The notes beneath the pieces are model-generated. The model searched no databases, was not told the DNA's origin, and saw only the letters and a program-made list of their open reading frames with translations. 64,000 bases of DNA from Macrostomum lignano (taxonomy: Eukaryota). The stretch is taken from contig NIVC01000793.1 of assembly GCA_002269645.1 (NCBI GenBank), positions 124,001 to 188,000 on the forward strand. Direction: 5' to 3'. Position 1 is the stretch's first letter; every line of letters starts with the position of its first letter. Positions 60,101-64,000 of this stretch are shown piece after piece. Both the position numbers and the translations under genes were made by a program.

Positions 60101-61720
60101 TTTTACGTCTTTGGGATGGGGCCAAGTTTGGATTGCTTCAATTTTCGTCTTGTCTGTTTGAATGCCTTGTTGGCCAATCACATGTCCTAAGTACTTTAAC
60201 TCGTGATGGAAAAGATTGCACTTTTGGGGTCTCAATTTCAGACCTGTGGCAATTAGTTGCTTAAACACTTCTCTTAAGTGCTCTAAATGTTCAGCAAAAG
60301 TTTGGGAGTAGGCTATTATATCGTCTATATAGGACATGGCATACTTATGCTGGATTCCTAATAGGACTAAATTCATTAGGCATTGGAAAGTTCCGGGGGC
60401 ATTGGAAAGTCCTTGGGCCATTACTTGTTATTCAAATTGGCCTCTAGTTAGGGTGGAGAAGGCAGTTCGATGCTTATCTTCTTCTTTGATAGGGACTTGC
60501 CAGTATCCGGAATTTAAATCTAGACTGCTAAAGTATTGGCTACCAGTCAGGTGGGAGAAGGTCTCTTGAATATTAGGGAGGGGGTAGGGGTAGTAATTAA
60601 CTCTTGAATTGAGCACTCGGAAATCGCTCACAATTCTGATAGAACCGTCTTTCTTGGGGACAATTACTAGGGGAGTGGAGTAAGTTGAATAGCAGGGTCT
60701 AATTAAGTTTTTGGCTAACATATCATCTAATTGGGCATCAACTTGCTTTTGCAAGTGTGGGGGGATGCGTCTAGCTGGGATTCTAATGGGGGTGGGGTCT
60801 TTAATAGAAATTTTGTGGGTTACTAAGTGTGTTAGGCCCATGTCTAATTCATTCTAGGAAAAAGCTTCACGGTTTTCTTTAATAAGATCGATGACTGCTT
60901 TACGCTGTTCATTCGATAATTTAGGGCCAAGGCTCACTTCATTAATCCAGGAATCTTCAGTACATTGAGTCTGGTTGACTTTTGCAGAGGGTTGGGGGTT
61001 GGGAGTTGGGGTTTGCCAATAGGTCAGGTCTTTGGCTTTCATGGGTCTGGCTAGGCCAATTAGGGAAGTTTTAGTTAGATTCACGTCTACTGAGTGGCGG
61101 TTAATAATTTCAACAATTCCTTTGCCTTCTTTCATAGTTACTAGGGTTGGAACCATCTCTAATGAAAAATCACGGGTTTGGATAGTATCGCCAATAGCTT
61201 CAATGGTCATGGGAGTGCTGTAATTCAATTCACAATTCTTGGCTAACTTCACGGGTACTCGGAGAGCACTATTAGCTGGGATGATTGTTCTTTCTTGAGT
61301 ATAAACTTGGCAAACTTTCACGGGTAGGCGGGTATACTGCATGGGTATACAGGTACCTTCGTTAAGCACTAGCATTCCTTTGGCTAGCTGGATGCTTTCG
61401 CATTGGGATAGGAAAAATTCCATACCTAGAATATTGTCACAATCATGTTGGCATAGGAGGAAATCAACTTCGATTTGGATATCGCCAAACTTCACTTGGG
61501 CGGATACTTCTCTTTCTAATTGAACTGGGGTACCGTCAAATGTACTAATACTTTTACTAGTTCCTTGAATTTGATCGGCACGGAATAGCTTAGACCAGGT
61601 TGAGCGGCTCAGGAAATTATTTCTGGCGCCTGTGCCTAGCAAGAAATCAATCAATTCTTTCTGGATATCGCCGACAATTACAGCTTCATAGCCTTCTAGC
61701 TTAGTCAGGTCGATTCAGGA
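57180..61720 (-). pseudogene. pol: Disrupted pol (protease LLGTGA with D->G, RT YIDD, RNase H with internal duplication, integrase)
   Basis: Split over ORFs 61654-60854, 60841-60428, 60421-58625, 58507-58001 and 58119-57334. Motifs LDLNSGYWQ, YIDD, LDTDAS, HIDIIGP, HTDNG, and terminal RHPYNLRP. Confidence 0.92.
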
Positions 61721-63151
61721 TGGGGAATTGGGTTTTGGCTTTTGTTGCTTCCTTGAGCGGTTTTTAGCACTGGATAAAGCATTATTGACTTCAATCGCAT
61801 GGGATACATAGGGTGCAAGCACAGTGGGTACATGGGGTGCGGACGCATGATGTACATGAGCTTTGGTCGCATTGGTTACATGATAGGTGGTCGCATGAGG
61901 TGAATTGTACACATGGGGGCCATGGGGGGCATTTGGCATGGCATTGTCGGCATCATCAAAGGCAAGAAGTGAAAATGTTACTTGAAGCGTTATTTATAGG
62001 CATTGGCTGTACATGGGAGGTTTTGCGGGGATAATGGAAACCGTACTGGAGAGGTTGCCGGTATTTTGGTTGGGGGGCATTTCAAAATGATGGGGAGGCC
62101 GGAGAGTAAGCTAAATTTTGGCCTGAGGGGCGTGGCCTTTTAACTCGACCCTGGCTTCTCAGTTTCCTGGATTCTAGGGGTTGCGGGTATTGCGGAACTT
62201 CAGCGGCTCATATCTGGGATTGGGGGGCTGACATTCAGTGTTCCTTCTTGGGGGTTCACGCCTTGGCGGCTGGTTCATCAGCTGGGGCCTGTACTGCTGC
62301 TAAGGTTGCGGCCTGTTCTGCTGCTGGGGTGGCTGTCTGTACAGCTGAGGGTTTGACTGCCTGTACTGCTGAGGAAGTGGCTGTCTGTACTGTTGCTGGG
62401 GGAACACCTGAGATGGCGGGGCACATTGCGCTGTTTCGGCCAGTTGTTTCTGCAGGTTCTGAATAAGCCTTTCTTGGCGGTCAATCTTAGTCTGCTAGTC
62501 AATGATCAATTGATCGGTTCTGACCTTGTGTTCTTCTTTCTCATCCTAGGTCACTCTAATTCCTCCTTTGTGGGACATTTGATAAGCAGCTTCAATTCTG
62601 CGCAACATTCTACGGGCGGCTTGGAGACTAGCAGGTTGGGCAAAAATTAGCTTTTCATGGGTGTCGGGAGGGGTTCTCACACCTTTAATGAACTGCTCAA
62701 CCAGTTCCTCTTCTCTTTGCTCAGCATCCATATTTAGGAATGCGCGGGAGGCTAATTCAATTAGGGCATCAGCGAAACTGTCTATAGATTCGTTTCAACC
62801 TTGGCAATGGTTTCGGAACTCTTCGCGGAATTCAGCAGAACTTCCTACTTTTCCAAATCTCTCTATCAGTCTTTCCTTAAATTCCTCATAGGGGAGATTG
62901 GCTGGGAGGTTGAGGCGTTGGACTGCTGCAAATGCAGTGCTTAAATCTAAATTAGTGAGCAATTCCTGCTTTCGATTCTCCTCTTCAATGCCTTCATTTT
63001 CACATCGCTGGTCAAATGCGGTAAGCCAGATTCTGATGTCTTGGCTGGGGACGTATTTCTGTATTTTCACATGCCTAAGGGGACCTAGTTCTAATCAATT
63101 GCGGAGCTCTTTGGCTAAGAGTCCTAGGGCTTCGTTAATTCCTGCGGCCAT
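61720..63151 (-). pseudogene. gag: Disrupted gag
   Basis: ATG at 63151 opens MAAGINEALGLLAKELRN*LELGPLRHVKIQKY..DIRIWLTAFD..., a Gypsy capsid-like helical region with several in-frame stops and a Gln/Pro-rich tail. Confidence 0.8.
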
Positions 63152-63217
63152 TGTACTTCAGGGATAGGGGGTTTAGAGTTTGGGTTGGTTTAAGTGCGCA
63201 TTTCACCAGATTCAAAT

Positions 63218-63235
63218 CCTTTACCACTGCCACCA
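63218..63235 (-). other. Primer-binding site (tRNA-Leu-like)
   Basis: TGGTGGCAGTGGTAAAGG lies 4 nt after the 5' LTR end. TGG complements tRNA CCA, and the first 13 nt resemble Leu-tRNA PBSs as I recall them. Confidence 0.7.
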
Positions 63236-63239
63236 ATTT

Positions 63240-64000
63240 TGTTGTAGGGTTATTTCCTGTTGACTGAAATCCTACCACTTAGCTATCAATTTGTTGTAGG
63301 AGGGGTCGGGGGTTATTGGGAATTTTCGGGGTTTTCTTAGAATTTGGGGCGAACTGCGCAATTCATACTACTAATAAGAGTAAGCCGTAGGTTGCTCCTG
63401 GTGGCGAGGTGTGTCCAAGTGGCAAGACACTAATTTTTTTACTCAGTCCAGCTATTTTGGTGGGGGAGGGGGGTGATTAAGGGCTTTGCGGTGGACTTGA
63501 GTTGCCTGAGGAAATTAGCGCACTGGGGAACTCTAATATTCAGCGGGGAATACCTGGCATCAGGGGGTATCCAGATGGGGAATTAAGAAGGCAATATGCC
63601 TAATCCGGGAATGAAGGGAGGCTAGAATTTTAGCCTTAGTAAGGAGGCAATATGCCTGATGTGGGAAGTAGATAGATAACTTAGGCAATAGGCCTAGTGG
63701 GATAAGGAGGCAGTATGCCTGATGTGGGAGTTAAAGCCAGGGCAAACAGGGAGCCTGGTTGGGGAGTTGGCTGATTGCCGGATCAAACTGAGGGGTCTGG
63801 GAGTAGGGAGAGGCTGTACGCCTATTCAACTTGGGATAAAGGGGGGGGGTTGTAATTTGTTAGAAAGGGAAGGGGTTGTACGCTCTCTCGAGAGGAGTAT
63901 AGGGGTAGAGGGGTGAATGTTTGCCTTTAAAGAACCAAGTCTGACTCAATAGCTATTTTTAGAACAAGGCAGCACTAAGGCCTATAGCTAGAAGGCGATA
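63240..64000 (-). repeat. 5' LTR (partial)
   Basis: Direct repeat of 54487-55244, adjacent to the PBS. Confidence 0.9.

Larger units (their letters stand above)
54487..64000 (-). mobile_element. Decayed Ty3/Gypsy LTR retrotransposon with both LTR copies (5' LTR cut by the window end)
   Basis: Direct repeat 54487-~55244 / 63240-64000 ending ...CAACA on the minus strand, a PBS, and gag, PR, RT, RH and IN fragments in Gypsy order with stops and frameshifts. Confidence 0.93.

Overview
Eukaryotic genomic DNA from an invertebrate animal: there are spliceosomal GT-AG introns and an innexin gene. The GC-rich exons and extreme minisatellite load resemble the flatworm Macrostomum, but that is inference only. 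A Ty3/Gypsy LTR retrotransposon sits at each end. The left one (1-~5003, +) has an intact pol, a gag zinc knuckle and a candidate -1 frameshift signal. The right one (54487-64000, -) is decayed, retains both LTR copies and a tRNA-Leu-like PBS, has a duplicated RNase H segment and carries an unexplained extra coding region near its 3' LTR. Between them lie eight host genes: NOPCHAP1-like, MTFMT, EMC7, an iRhom, an innexin, a DEG/ENaC channel, a BTB protein and a probably GPI-anchored mucin-like protein. About 15 unrelated non-coding minisatellite arrays fill introns or abut start and stop codons. Many share a TCACTC core, and two sit inside terminal inverted repeats. Several MITE-like elements are also present. 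No CRISPR array, rRNA or tRNA gene was found. All analysis was by eye; no searches were run.
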